Origin: a virus
Taxonomy: Duplodnaviria; Caudoviricetes
DNA length: 64,000 nt
Virus record (IMG/VR): IMGVR_UViG_3300032219_001867
Location: 28,342-92,341 of that record
Direction: 5' to 3' (one strand)
Positions 45,339 to 54,976 of this stretch are shown here, piece by piece (position 1 is the first letter of the stretch; each line of letters starts with the position of its first letter). Below the pieces are notes generated by a model. That model was not told the origin of the DNA. It did not search any database and saw only the letters and a program-made list of their open reading frames with translations. The position numbers were made by a program, and so were the translations under genes.

Positions 45339-45910
45339 TAGCGGGCACCCTCAAACTCTTGAAAATTACCGGGGTGTAGTTGAGACGGGAAGTAACCGCC
45401 CTCACCGGGCTCAACAAGACGAGTATCAAGGTGTAGGGGAGCGCCCTTTCCTTGCGCTTTATCTTGGGCTACTTCATCCCAGCCCCGTACAATCTTTACG
45501 GGAAGGTGGGTGACCCCGGCTCGAAGGGCGGCAGCAAGTCGGTGATGCCCTTCGCCTAATGTTGCCCACTTTTCTTTGTGGTTGTACATGAGGTATAGCG
45601 GCTCACGGATTGCCCCCACCCCGTCTGTACGCAAGTCCTCACTGATATTAGAGATGTTTTTTTCACTAGTACTACGCGCGTCTCTGCCCTCTCGGTCAAG
45701 GGTTCGGAACCTAGTCAACTGATGTACTGGAAGTAGCGCAACATCGCGCCCGTAACGATGCCCCGGCTCTTGTTCAAGCTCTGGAGAAGCCTGACGTTCC
45801 GTGAGCGCATGGTCAGACCAACGTGCTCCTTTATTGTAGTCAGCTAGTCCGTCTCCGTGGTATACCGGATAAGAACTGCCCCCAGCAAAGTCACCGTTAT
45901 TGCGCCCCAT
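45338..45910 (-). CDS. ParB/Srx-like domain protein (MGRNNGDF tag)
   Basis: IREPL...EGHHRLAAA...G.THLPV. Confidence 0.75.
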   Translation of the reverse strand: MGRNNGDFAGGSSYPVYHGDGLADYNKGARWSDHALTERQASPELEQEPGHRYGRDVALLPVHQLTRFRTLDREGRDARSTSEKNISNISEDLRTDGVGAIREPLYLMYNHKEKWATLGEGHHRLAAALRAGVTHLPVKIVRGWDEVAQDKAQGKGAPLHLDTRLVEPGEGGYFPSQLHPGNFQEFEGAR

Positions 45911-46026
45911 TACACCCTCACAAGACGGCGCTTGATAGGGTCAAAAATCTTGGGACGCTTCTTGAAACCTTTACCGCAATTGCGGTTGTCGTTGCGTACC
46001 CCTGAGCCTTTGGATTTACGTGCCAT
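45910..46026 (-). CDS. 38-aa basic protein
   Basis: MARKSKGSGVRNDNRNCGKGFKKRPKIFDPIKRRLVRV*; CACAAT-N6-ATG; TAATG overlap. Confidence 0.55.
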   Translation of the reverse strand: MARKSKGSGVRNDNRNCGKGFKKRPKIFDPIKRRLVRV

Positions 46027-46040
46027 AAGTCAATTGTGAC

Positions 46041-47027
46041 TTATTTTGTGACCGCAGATGCGTTGGACTCATACGAGGTATTGGTGGCCTCAAAGAAGTT
46101 AACCAGCTGCAAAGTGTCGTTGGCAGCAGCCATCCACTTGGCAGGATTGCTGACGTTGTAGTGCGAACCAAAGCCCAGCTCCTCAAGACGACGGTCTGCC
46201 AAGTACTTGGTGTACTGGCTGGCGTAGTCAGCGTTGAGCCCAAGAATGCCGTGGGGGAATTGGTCGCGGTTGTACTCAATTTCCATGTCAACGGCGTCGA
46301 GAATCATCTGCTTAATTTCATCCGCAAACTCAGGCGTAACAATGTCGGGGTTCTCTTCCAGAATGGTCACAACAAGGTTGACACCAAACTTCAAGTGCAG
46401 GGACTCGTCACGGACAATCCAGTCAACGAGTGAGCCAAAGTTGCGCAGCAGGTTGCGCTGACGGAACGACAGGGCCACCATGAAGCCACTGTAGAACCAG
46501 ATGCCCTCCATGATTACCGAGTAAGCCACCAAGTTGCGAACAAAATCCTGCTTGCCCTCTACGGTGTCAATGTCAAGCTTCTCTTCCGTCATGCGCGTGA
46601 TGAACTTGACCTCAAAGTCTTCTTTTGCCTTAATTGAGGGAACAGCCACGTGCTGGGCGTAAATTGCCTCACGGTCTACAGGGAAGGTCTCCAACACGTA
46701 CTCGAACGACATGCAGTGGTTGGCTTCTTCCCACATCTGCTTGGCGAGGTAGAGGTGGCACTCTGGGGCGCTCAAATAGGGGTAAACACCAAAGGCCAGA
46801 GCCTTGTTCACAATCAGCTCAGAAGGGTTAAAGAAGCTCATTAAGAAGGTAATGGCGTGCTGCTCGTCCTCAGACATGGTTTTGAAATCAGCGATGTCTT
46901 CGCCAAGCTGAATCTCATTCGGGAACCAAGTATTAGCTACTGCCTGGTCGTAAAGGTCCATCGCCCATTGATACTTGACAGGCTTCAAAAGCAGACCTTC
47001 TTGAATACCTTGACCTAGAATTCCCAT
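46041..47027 (-). CDS. nrdB: ribonucleotide reductase beta subunit, class Ic (R2c)-type signature
   Basis: ferritin-like ligands NPSE, EEANH, EGIWFYSGF, RDESLH; Phe at radical-Tyr site (HCMSF); C-terminal NFFE...SY. Confidence 0.9.
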   Translation of the reverse strand: MGILGQGIQEGLLLKPVKYQWAMDLYDQAVANTWFPNEIQLGEDIADFKTMSEDEQHAITFLMSFFNPSELIVNKALAFGVYPYLSAPECHLYLAKQMWEEANHCMSFEYVLETFPVDREAIYAQHVAVPSIKAKEDFEVKFITRMTEEKLDIDTVEGKQDFVRNLVAYSVIMEGIWFYSGFMVALSFRQRNLLRNFGSLVDWIVRDESLHLKFGVNLVVTILEENPDIVTPEFADEIKQMILDAVDMEIEYNRDQFPHGILGLNADYASQYTKYLADRRLEELGFGSHYNVSNPAKWMAAANDTLQLVNFFEATNTSYESNASAVTK

Positions 47028-47138
47028 TAAAATCTCTCCCTGTAGACATAGAAACCGCCCAAGAGCGGGCGGTTCCTCTAGTCTACCAAAAGCAGAAAGC
47101 CCCCCGGTCATAAACCGAGGGGCTTCCTTAATATTTTG

Positions 47139-48344
47139 CTACTTTTTGTTTCCCGCGTTGGCAATTGCCAAGGTTGTGAAGGGGACAGCAAGGTTTCCGA
47201 CCACGGCACTGGCAACAATGAGCCAGATTGGGGCCTGGGTACCACTTGCCATTACAGCAACACCAAGGTTGCTAATGACGAGAGCAGCAAGACCGTACAG
47301 GGCGTAAGCAAGCTTGCGGCCCTTAGGGTTTGGGATGAGGATGCCGAGAGCGTCGGTTCCTGCGGTATTAGCGTCGGTGGGAAGAGGGGCGATGGTGGTC
47401 ACGATAGGTTCCTTTACAGGGGTAGTTGGTTTTACGGGCTTTGGCTTTGTGGGGGTTGCTGGAGTAACTGGCTTTGCTGCCTGTTCCTTTGCAATTCTTT
47501 CAGATTCTGCTTTTGCGTCTGCTGCGGCTTTTGCATCTGCTGCTGCCTTATCTGCTGCTGCTTTTGCTTCTGCCTTGGCTTTTGCTTCCGCTTTAGCCTT
47601 GGCTTCGGCTTCGGCTGCTGCTTTGGCTGCTGCTGCTTTTGCGTTATTCATAGCGTTAATATCTTCGATTAGAGTTTGATAAAATCCAGCCCACGATAGT
47701 GGTCCAAGAACTCCATCAATCACACCGGGAGGAGCATAGTTGCCGTTTTTCTGACCATACTGTTGCATTCCACGGTAGGTCATCGGTCCTGGAACACCAT
47801 CAACGGCACCAGAATAAAGATAGTTTTGCTGAAGAAGTGTTTGGATTCCTCGCCAAGTTTTTGGTCCAGTAACGCCGTCTACTGCGCCGTCATAAAGTCC
47901 AAGGTTGGCTAGATTCTGTTGCACTCCACGAATAGAGTCTGTAGTAGAAGAAGAAGCACTTCCACCGCTCCCGCCTTGAACATAGTCAAGAGGGTTTACG
48001 CGGACTCCGTCTGGAGCAATTAGGTGCCAGTGTACGTGGGGTCCGGTGCTATCTCCGGTGTTACCCGTGTAGCCGATGACCTGACCCTGAGAGTAGTTGC
48101 CCTCAGCCACAAAAGAGTTTAGGTGCAGGTACTCGTCAACAAACCCGTTTCCGTGGTGGAAACGAATCCAATTACCGCGTCCGTTGCCGGTGTCACCGCG
48201 GTTCTCTAGGCGACCAGCAATGGGGGCAAGGATGGGGGTGTTCATGCCGGTTGCATAGTCAACTCCGCCGCGCGAGCCGCGCGCGAGGTGGTCGTTCCAC
48301 CCATCGCTGATGCGATACTGAGCAAGAGTGTTGATATAGCTCAT
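47139..48344 (-). CDS. endolysin: M23 peptidase + PG-binding repeats + C-terminal 2-TM segment
   Basis: GVDY...YLH...STGPHVHW; three DG..GP repeats; Ala/Lys/Pro linker; hydrophobic C-terminus. Confidence 0.85.
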   Translation of the reverse strand: MSYINTLAQYRISDGWNDHLARGSRGGVDYATGMNTPILAPIAGRLENRGDTGNGRGNWIRFHHGNGFVDEYLHLNSFVAEGNYSQGQVIGYTGNTGDSTGPHVHWHLIAPDGVRVNPLDYVQGGSGGSASSSTTDSIRGVQQNLANLGLYDGAVDGVTGPKTWRGIQTLLQQNYLYSGAVDGVPGPMTYRGMQQYGQKNGNYAPPGVIDGVLGPLSWAGFYQTLIEDINAMNNAKAAAAKAAAEAEAKAKAEAKAKAEAKAAADKAAADAKAAADAKAESERIAKEQAAKPVTPATPTKPKPVKPTTPVKEPIVTTIAPLPTDANTAGTDALGILIPNPKGRKLAYALYGLAALVISNLGVAVMASGTQAPIWLIVASAVVGNLAVPFTTLAIANAGNKK

Positions 48345-48409
48345 ACATCTCCAAAGTTAAAGAGCCCAAAATATTTGGACTCTTTAATTTTACCTGGGAT
48401 AGCAGAGAA

Positions 48410-49660
48410 CTACAGGATATCTTGGTATTTCCACCGTTTGTTAATGAAACTTACTGCCAACATTCCCGAAGTAGCGCGTTCTCCACGGCTATTGGAGAAC
48501 CAAGACGAGCCGTTATCTGAGGCAGGTCCAACAAATACTGGGCGTCCATCACCCGACTCGTATACGCGGTAAGAGTGCCAATGCCCAGAAAAGAGCACAT
48601 CAGCATCCCACGTAGGCATACGACCGTGGTCTTGACGTGCCCACCACTCACCGAGCTTGTCAGGACCAGAAGACTGGTGACCGTGAACAAGACCCACGTT
48701 AAGAGTGTCTAAATGAACGGTCATTGACTCCATGTGCGGTTCAGGCCACAAAACCGTCACATTGGGGAAGTTTCCAAACTCTTCAAGGGTGTGCGCAAGG
48801 GTCTTAGCGTTAGCAATGCCAAAATCGGCGTGAGAGTCCCCACCATCGGATTTGAGCCCTACCCTCCACCTGGAGTGGTTTGAGGGCACGTGGGCCACTA
48901 CAAGGCTCTCTACGAGGGGTGCAATCATGGTGATGCCCTTTAAGTCAGACTTGTACATGGCAAGAATCTGATGGGGCAGGTCAAGGTCGTTGGTATCCCG
49001 CTGGCTGGACGTATTGCAGAAGTTTTCTACACCATCACCAGTCTTTGCAAACAGCACCTGACGAGGGCGATATTCCTTGACGTATTCGACAAATCCGCCA
49101 TAAGAGGTCATGATTCGCTCTAGCGTCTGCTCGCTACCGCCATTGAAGTCTGTTTTACCCCACTGCTCGTCTGTAGGCTGAAGAACGCTGACATCGACAA
49201 GAAAGTCTTTTTTGGCAGGAATAAACGTAAAGTTCTCAATGAACTTGCTGGCCTTTTCGTAGTCAACTTTGTCGGCAAGTTTAATTACCTTGCCAAACTT
49301 AGGGGTTGCTGACATCTTGTTAGAAAACATGTCCAAGCCATAGGCAATGGACTTGATGCTGATGGTGTAGTCCGCAGGGTCATCCCCGCTTGCGCGAATC
49401 CACTCTCTAGCGTCATCAAGGGTAACAGGGCGGTCACGAATGGCCTCCACGGTGCGACTACCGTCAGAAGACTCGCTAGTGATTTCACGTGCGGTTCCTG
49501 CGGGAGACAGTGAGGCTGTTGGGTCTTCTTTGACGATGTTCAACTTTGCCCGGTGTTCTGTTACTGTAGTCTTACCAGTGCTCCATTTAGAAGCAACTTC
49601 ACGGCTACTCAGGTTGGACTGTAGGTCGGCCCGGTAGTTCTCGTTGTCTAGCAATGACAT
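48410..49660 (-). CDS. calcineurin-like metallophosphoesterase
   Basis: D-x-Q, GDGVE, SNH, HGH and GHWH motifs; N-terminal HTH-like part. Confidence 0.75.
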   Translation of the reverse strand: MSLLDNENYRADLQSNLSSREVASKWSTGKTTVTEHRAKLNIVKEDPTASLSPAGTAREITSESSDGSRTVEAIRDRPVTLDDAREWIRASGDDPADYTISIKSIAYGLDMFSNKMSATPKFGKVIKLADKVDYEKASKFIENFTFIPAKKDFLVDVSVLQPTDEQWGKTDFNGGSEQTLERIMTSYGGFVEYVKEYRPRQVLFAKTGDGVENFCNTSSQRDTNDLDLPHQILAMYKSDLKGITMIAPLVESLVVAHVPSNHSRWRVGLKSDGGDSHADFGIANAKTLAHTLEEFGNFPNVTVLWPEPHMESMTVHLDTLNVGLVHGHQSSGPDKLGEWWARQDHGRMPTWDADVLFSGHWHSYRVYESGDGRPVFVGPASDNGSSWFSNSRGERATSGMLAVSFINKRWKYQDIL

Positions 49661-49748
49661 GGGGAAGTTCCCTCCGTATTGGACACTCCAGTCAGGCTAT
49701 CACGCTGAATTACATTCATGTGACTAACCTTCTACGGCGTGTTGAAAC

Positions 49749-50219
49749 TCACGCTTCCTTTACGGGAACGTTATTTCTTCGGTATGCCGCAATCAAATTA
49801 CGCCCAGACTCTGGGGCAACGATACCAAAAGCGCTACGCGCGTGCGTGCGCGCGAATACCGCGTTGTGCCCCTCTACTTCAGGAACTTTGAGGAATTGAC
49901 GCCCCAACCGCTCCACAAGGTGGGATGCTTCGTGCGTAACAGTACCCACGTTCAGACGGTCACGACGGAAGTGCAAGATGCCTTCTGTGTCCATCCCGGC
50001 ATGTAGATGCTCAGGCATGTCTACCTTGCGGGGGTTATACGCCCGAACTCCCTTACGTGCAGAGAACTGTGCTCTCAAGTCCTCGATTCCAGGCACGTTG
50101 TTGTGCATAGGGTGGTTGACAACTTCCTCTGTCAAGTCCCTTGCACCCGAAAGAGAAATCAGCTTTCCTGCGTGGGGGTCAGACGCTCGCCATTCTGATT
50201 CGGCTTTGTAAAGGCTCAC
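49749..50219 (-). CDS. zincin-like metallopeptidase
   Basis: HEASH...GHNAVF (SprT-like HExxH...H). Confidence 0.65.
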   Translation of the reverse strand: MSLYKAESEWRASDPHAGKLISLSGARDLTEEVVNHPMHNNVPGIEDLRAQFSARKGVRAYNPRKVDMPEHLHAGMDTEGILHFRRDRLNVGTVTHEASHLVERLGRQFLKVPEVEGHNAVFARTHARSAFGIVAPESGRNLIAAYRRNNVPVKEA

Positions 50220-50220
50220 G

Positions 50221-50748
50221 TTATCGGCTCATTCGTAAGGTAGAAGCGGTAGCAATTCGTGGGGTGAAATTGACTACGGGCTTTTCTTCGTACTCTGTTT
50301 CCCCGTATTCGTTATTAGTAACGTCTCTAATTTTAGACATTCCGGTCAGTCTAATCGGTGCTCCATGGCGTACCGTTTTTTCTTTCTCCGAATGGTCGTG
50401 TGTGTAGATACCTTTACCGCCATAAATAAGCTTATCTTTGCCGTTGTTTTGCAAATCGGCTACATCATTTGGGTGGACGTATCCTTCTACCACGTAACCA
50501 AAGTTATTTTTGGTAGGACTGCCAAACTTTGTTGCAAAAGATTGAGCAACATACTTTTCTGTAGTCCAATGGTGCCCAATATCGTTGAAGTCTATATCGG
50601 AAGAAGACTTTAATCTATAAGGCCATCCTGTATGAATTCCTCGGTATACCTTGGTGTACCCCAGAGCGTCAAGGTCGTCTTGCTCCGGGGCCATTCCAGG
50701 TAAGTAATTATGCAGCTGTTTGCTACTCAAGTCGTAGGCGCTACTCAC
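50221..50748 (-). CDS. ADP-ribosyltransferase-like protein
   Basis: VYRGI...HWTT...A.SF...EKE pattern (R-S/T-ExE clade). Confidence 0.6.
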   Translation of the reverse strand: MSSAYDLSSKQLHNYLPGMAPEQDDLDALGYTKVYRGIHTGWPYRLKSSSDIDFNDIGHHWTTEKYVAQSFATKFGSPTKNNFGYVVEGYVHPNDVADLQNNGKDKLIYGGKGIYTHDHSEKEKTVRHGAPIRLTGMSKIRDVTNNEYGETEYEEKPVVNFTPRIATASTLRMSR

Positions 50749-51872
50749 GTTAGGTCAAACCTCTGCTGTTTCCAGTAACCGTCTCTGGGAAAATCTACGT
50801 TAGCTCTAGTGTTATACTTATTCAAACGGGTGAGGTAGACATCTCTGGCTTCTTTAGCTGCATCGCGCTCCAAGTTACCTCTTTGGTCTAGCAATTCGCG
50901 AACGTGAGGGTGTGTGTGGTACATCTCCCCCAACACCAGCTGGTCAGACAAGTGTGCGTGCTCTTGTTTTGACAGCGTTTCTTCCTCGGTAGAAGATATA
51001 AGTGCCCTACCAAGATGAGACTCTGCTCTTTCAGGTATTCCTACGCCGGGAGTGTCATGCAACGAAGCTTGAAGCCTAGTAGCCGCATACAGTGCTCGTT
51101 GAGTACCCCCGTAAAAATGTTGTGGAGTATACCCGGCACCACTGGCGTGATTACTTGCTATCTCCCTTCTTCGGGACTCACTTACCTCATGCAGGGCGGA
51201 CTCTAACCTGGGGCGCTCAAACCTATCCGCAAAGCCTTCAGCAACCCCCTCTTGAATGGGGTCCGCAGCGTTGGTATTCCGGTGCCGTCCGTAAGCATTT
51301 TCGTCACTAACTTCTAATCCATGACCCATCTCATGGATTAAAGTTCGTTTAAGTTTTGGTGTTCCGGTTACAAAGTCGTCTTTACGGAAAGCCCCCGTGT
51401 TTAACGTCAAATCTCCGCCCAGGTAATTGGGAGTTTTCCCCTCGGGAGTTTCCTGGTCAATAACTCCACGAGGTTTTCTTTTCAATGCTCCCGTTACTCG
51501 ATAATCTTCTTTAGAATTTGCGCTTACGTCAAACGAAGCTTTATTCAGAACATGAATAGGAATAGTAGTTTTTTTAAGCGCCTCAGTCAGTCCGTGCGTA
51601 ATAGACTTTCGTGTTTCTGGGTCGTCCCAATACTCGGGAACAGAAGTTAGACGCAAAGTTCTGGCAGCAGCCTCCTCGTACTCCCCTTTAGCAAGAGAGG
51701 GGTCTTTAGACGTTCCTGTTCCCCAGTGAGGGTCAAACAGCATTCCTTGGTAAGAAACTCCAGGCGAATGCTCGCCTGTTCCCTCGGGTCTAAAGTTGTC
51801 CTTAGTATGAAACTTTAGTTCCCCATTCTCATCCTCATGAAAAGTATTCTCAAACTGTTTTCCATAAGGCAT
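50745..51872 (-). CDS. gluzincin-like metallopeptidase domain protein
   Basis: LIHEMGH...EGVAE. Confidence 0.65.
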   Translation of the reverse strand: MPYGKQFENTFHEDENGELKFHTKDNFRPEGTGEHSPGVSYQGMLFDPHWGTGTSKDPSLAKGEYEEAAARTLRLTSVPEYWDDPETRKSITHGLTEALKKTTIPIHVLNKASFDVSANSKEDYRVTGALKRKPRGVIDQETPEGKTPNYLGGDLTLNTGAFRKDDFVTGTPKLKRTLIHEMGHGLEVSDENAYGRHRNTNAADPIQEGVAEGFADRFERPRLESALHEVSESRRREIASNHASGAGYTPQHFYGGTQRALYAATRLQASLHDTPGVGIPERAESHLGRALISSTEEETLSKQEHAHLSDQLVLGEMYHTHPHVRELLDQRGNLERDAAKEARDVYLTRLNKYNTRANVDFPRDGYWKQQRFDLT

Positions 51873-52034
51873 TATCGTTCACCAGGCATTCTGTAGTCGT
51901 TTTGCCATTCATCATTCTGACTTTGACGCAATGGAGACGCGCTGTGACGGAAGTCAATATAAGGCATAGAAGCAAGAGACTCAGCACTACCAGAGTATTG
52001 GGGAATCCGACTATTTATGTAGCCGTTTATTAAT

Positions 52035-52328
52035 TCAGTTTGGCGGGTCATTGTTGGGGTTTCTTTTATCTTGGTGCTCCAAATTGTGGTGCATATCTAA
52101 CGTTTCACTTTCGTGAAACTTAGCGCGGCAAAACGTGCACTTAAATCCTGGCTGACGGTCAATGTAGGTATCGCCGTTACCATCGGGGTCAGCCACACGT
52201 TTGGGGCCTTCTCCTACCTTGAGGATGTAGCGCCGTTTAGCGCTTTCTTCCCAACGCCTACGCTCGTAGTCCGTTTTAATGTAGCGCGGGGCACTGAATT
52301 GCCCGCCCTGGTGTTCCTTGGATACCAC
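52035..52328 (-). CDS. C2H2 zinc-finger protein
   Basis: FKCTFCRAKF...LDMHHNLEH. Confidence 0.6.
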   Translation of the reverse strand: MVSKEHQGGQFSAPRYIKTDYERRRWEESAKRRYILKVGEGPKRVADPDGNGDTYIDRQPGFKCTFCRAKFHESETLDMHHNLEHQDKRNPNNDPPN

Positions 52329-52407
52329 GAAAACTCCTCAAAGACTTTGTACCAGTTTACGCGACACGCAACCCCCACGTCTTTGCAACTTGTGCTACCC
52401 TAACCTC

Positions 52408-52641
52408 ATGGATATGTACATTGGAACTAGCCAAGATTACGCCATAGGCGCGAAAGTGCCTTCTCAGTCGGTAGTATTTTACGATATGCAACTGGCACGA
52501 GAATACGCCCATGCAAAAGCAGAGGAACGGGGCGCTTTGTTTGGGAATGTTTATCGGATAGCATACGAACTTGATGAAAACCAGCTCTTTGTCGAGCGTC
52601 GCCCCACGCGTATCGAAGAGCATGTCGCCTGGTCCATTTAG
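52408..52641 (+). CDS. hypothetical protein
   Basis: TGC-TACCCT-N6-ATG start at 52408. Confidence 0.5.
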   Translation: MDMYIGTSQDYAIGAKVPSQSVVFYDMQLAREYAHAKAEERGALFGNVYRIAYELDENQLFVERRPTRIEEHVAWSI

Positions 52642-53265
52642 GTGTTCCGGCACGACGACCCTGTTTACAAAGGGTTTCCTGATTTAAACTACAGAGATGT
52701 AAGGATTTCTATGAAGGAGGACACGTTGTCTAATTTTGTTCCGTCTGGGGCTACTCCAGCTCCTAAAAAGCCCATCGTTAGCCCAAAGAAAGGTCAACCT
52801 GTGACAAGAACTCGTAAATCAAATACGGGAGCGCAATCGCGCATTAACGCCGATAACATTTGGCTGTACCGTTTTATTGCTCTTGGCGTTATTGCTGGAG
52901 CTCTCGCCGCCTTTGCAACGTCATGGGCAGGTCTGCTTTACGTTGCCGAATGGCAAGCGCTTGCTCCTGAGTGGCAGTGGCTCACTCCCGTAATGATTGA
53001 CATTCCCATTGTTGTTCTAAGCCTTGGCGCACTTGCAAAGCGTAGCCGTGGAGAGAACCAGTGGTGGTTCCTTGCTTTTGCCATTTTCCTAACTCTGCTC
53101 TCGTCGGTCGCAAACTTTGTCCACACGGTGGCAGTTCGTGGCCTTAATGACTACACTGATTGGACTGGAGCACTGTTGAACGCTCTTGCTCCCGCATTCG
53201 TGCTTTTGACTACAGAAGTTCTTGGAAGTTTGGTAACACGTCCAGTAAAGAAGGCTAAAAAGTAG
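52642..53265 (+). CDS. 4-TM membrane protein (DUF2637/SpdA-like)
   Basis: AFATSW..L...PVMID...ANFVH...AP pattern; true start probably ~52711-52726. Confidence 0.6.
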   Translation: MFRHDDPVYKGFPDLNYRDVRISMKEDTLSNFVPSGATPAPKKPIVSPKKGQPVTRTRKSNTGAQSRINADNIWLYRFIALGVIAGALAAFATSWAGLLYVAEWQALAPEWQWLTPVMIDIPIVVLSLGALAKRSRGENQWWFLAFAIFLTLLSSVANFVHTVAVRGLNDYTDWTGALLNALAPAFVLLTTEVLGSLVTRPVKKAKK

Positions 53266-53290
53266 CACTAGTTATCAAGAGGGGTAACGC

Positions 53291-54043
53291 ATGAGTGATA
53301 AACCGACTATACGAATGCAATTGTTTTACTACCGCAACAGGTGGCAGTGGTTTTGGAAACCAGCTATTAAAAAGCAAGTTTCTAAAGCCACGCCCCGGTT
53401 GCCCAAGATGCCTAAAGTATCTGTGCACCCATCTGTAAGGTATTTCTTTAGTGATGTCTATTGTTACCGCCAAAAAATAACGGCGTTTATTTGGGCAACC
53501 GCGCTTATGTGTATTCCAGGAACTGTTTTAGCTCCTTTTGGTCCAGCAAACGCTGGGGACTACTCTGCGTCAAACCAAGAGGTTACAGCTAATTCGTGGG
53601 AAGCAACAATTCACCGTGATGGGTTGTACAAACCGCAACTTATCTATCCCGTTGGTAATGTCAAGATTGCCAGTCCGTATGGTTGGCGTACCGCTCCCTG
53701 CGCCAACTGCTCAAGCGACCATACCGGGACAGACTTTGAGGTACCCGCTGGAACTCCTGTTCGAGCTGCTATGTCCGGTACAGTTGTGTTTGCAGGTTGG
53801 AAGGGGAGCTACGGTTACCTTATGATGATTGATGCCGGTTATGGCTACGTTACGTACTACGCGCACATGATTGACGGGTCTATTCCTTCTAAGTTTGTGT
53901 TGGGAAGCCGTGTCAACATGGGAGACGTAATTGGGCTTGTGGGTTGTACCGGAGCGTGTACAGGGGCACATTTGCACTTTGGAATACAAGAAGAAGGGGT
54001 CTATGTAGACCCAATGCCACTACTTCAGAAGTACGCCTCCTGA
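53291..54043 (+). CDS. membrane-anchored M23 peptidase
   Basis: TM segment, then HTGTDF...YAH...TGAHLHF. Confidence 0.8.
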   Translation: MSDKPTIRMQLFYYRNRWQWFWKPAIKKQVSKATPRLPKMPKVSVHPSVRYFFSDVYCYRQKITAFIWATALMCIPGTVLAPFGPANAGDYSASNQEVTANSWEATIHRDGLYKPQLIYPVGNVKIASPYGWRTAPCANCSSDHTGTDFEVPAGTPVRAAMSGTVVFAGWKGSYGYLMMIDAGYGYVTYYAHMIDGSIPSKFVLGSRVNMGDVIGLVGCTGACTGAHLHFGIQEEGVYVDPMPLLQKYAS

Positions 54044-54064
54044 ATTGTTTGTCACACTAAAGGT

Positions 54065-54274
54065 ATGAAACCTAACGACCACTTTAACCAAGGTGTGTCT
54101 GAGGCATTGCGCGAAGCGCAGAAACGGGCAAACACAGAGAAGCGGTCTATTAAAGTTGGCAACGTATGGGTAAACCCGTCCGTATCCGCTTTAGCTAAAA
54201 GGACTAAGGTGACAGAACGATTACCAGAAGTGTTTGACGATTTCCCCCGACGTATTGCACCTAGGAACGACTAG
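54065..54274 (+). CDS. hypothetical protein
   Basis: TGT-CACACT-N6-ATG start. Confidence 0.5.
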   Translation: MKPNDHFNQGVSEALREAQKRANTEKRSIKVGNVWVNPSVSALAKRTKVTERLPEVFDDFPRRIAPRND

Positions 54275-54391
54275 TCGTCTTCAGAGAGCTTATGCCCCAG
54301 GTCGTTCCAACATTCGCGGCATTTCCCCAGCCACAGTTCTCCTACGTCATCCTTGCAAGCGCTACAGGCTAACACTGTTCTCCAAATGGTT

Positions 54392-54958
54392 TTATACGGA
54401 ATCTTTATACCGGGGGTGTGAATACCCATGATAACGCAAAGGCAAGAATTCGTCAGGTCGGTCTCTCGCCATTACGGCAACTCGGTGATGACCGTCTGTA
54501 AGGAATGAGCTCTGCAAGTCCATGCGGATAGGCTCTTCCCAGTTGTACCCCTTCTCAGCAATGTCTTTGGTCAAACCGCCAAATTCACCGTTCTTCCACT
54601 TAAAGCTCTCGGGTACATCAACCTCGTTGTCTGACTCAGCTGCTTTGCGAGCCATAAGAGCCTCGTCGCTCTCGTAAACGGGCTCTTTTCCTACCCAAGC
54701 TTTTTTACGACTATTCCACACCTTTGGTTTACCACCAACAATCCTGTGGTCCATCAATTTTGCATGACCCAAGATTTCGGGCGCTGTGGCAAAGAACGGG
54801 GGCGTAATAGACCCGTCTGAGTTCCTAGCAAAAAGTTGCTGAGAAACATTGGGGTTTAATTCTGGCTCAGGTGCGGGAGTAGGCTTAGCCTTCTTATCTT
54901 CGTACTTAGACCAGTTAATACCACCGAGAGCATTGGGGTCTTTTTTCTTACGAGCCAT
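54392..54958 (-). CDS. ParB/Srx-like domain protein
   Basis: DGHHRVAV; paralogue of 56330..56761. Confidence 0.7.
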   Translation of the reverse strand: MARKKKDPNALGGINWSKYEDKKAKPTPAPEPELNPNVSQQLFARNSDGSITPPFFATAPEILGHAKLMDHRIVGGKPKVWNSRKKAWVGKEPVYESDEALMARKAAESDNEVDVPESFKWKNGEFGGLTKDIAEKGYNWEEPIRMDLQSSFLTDGHHRVAVMARDRPDEFLPLRYHGYSHPRYKDSV

Positions 54959-54976
54959 AAACTAAGTCTGACAGAA

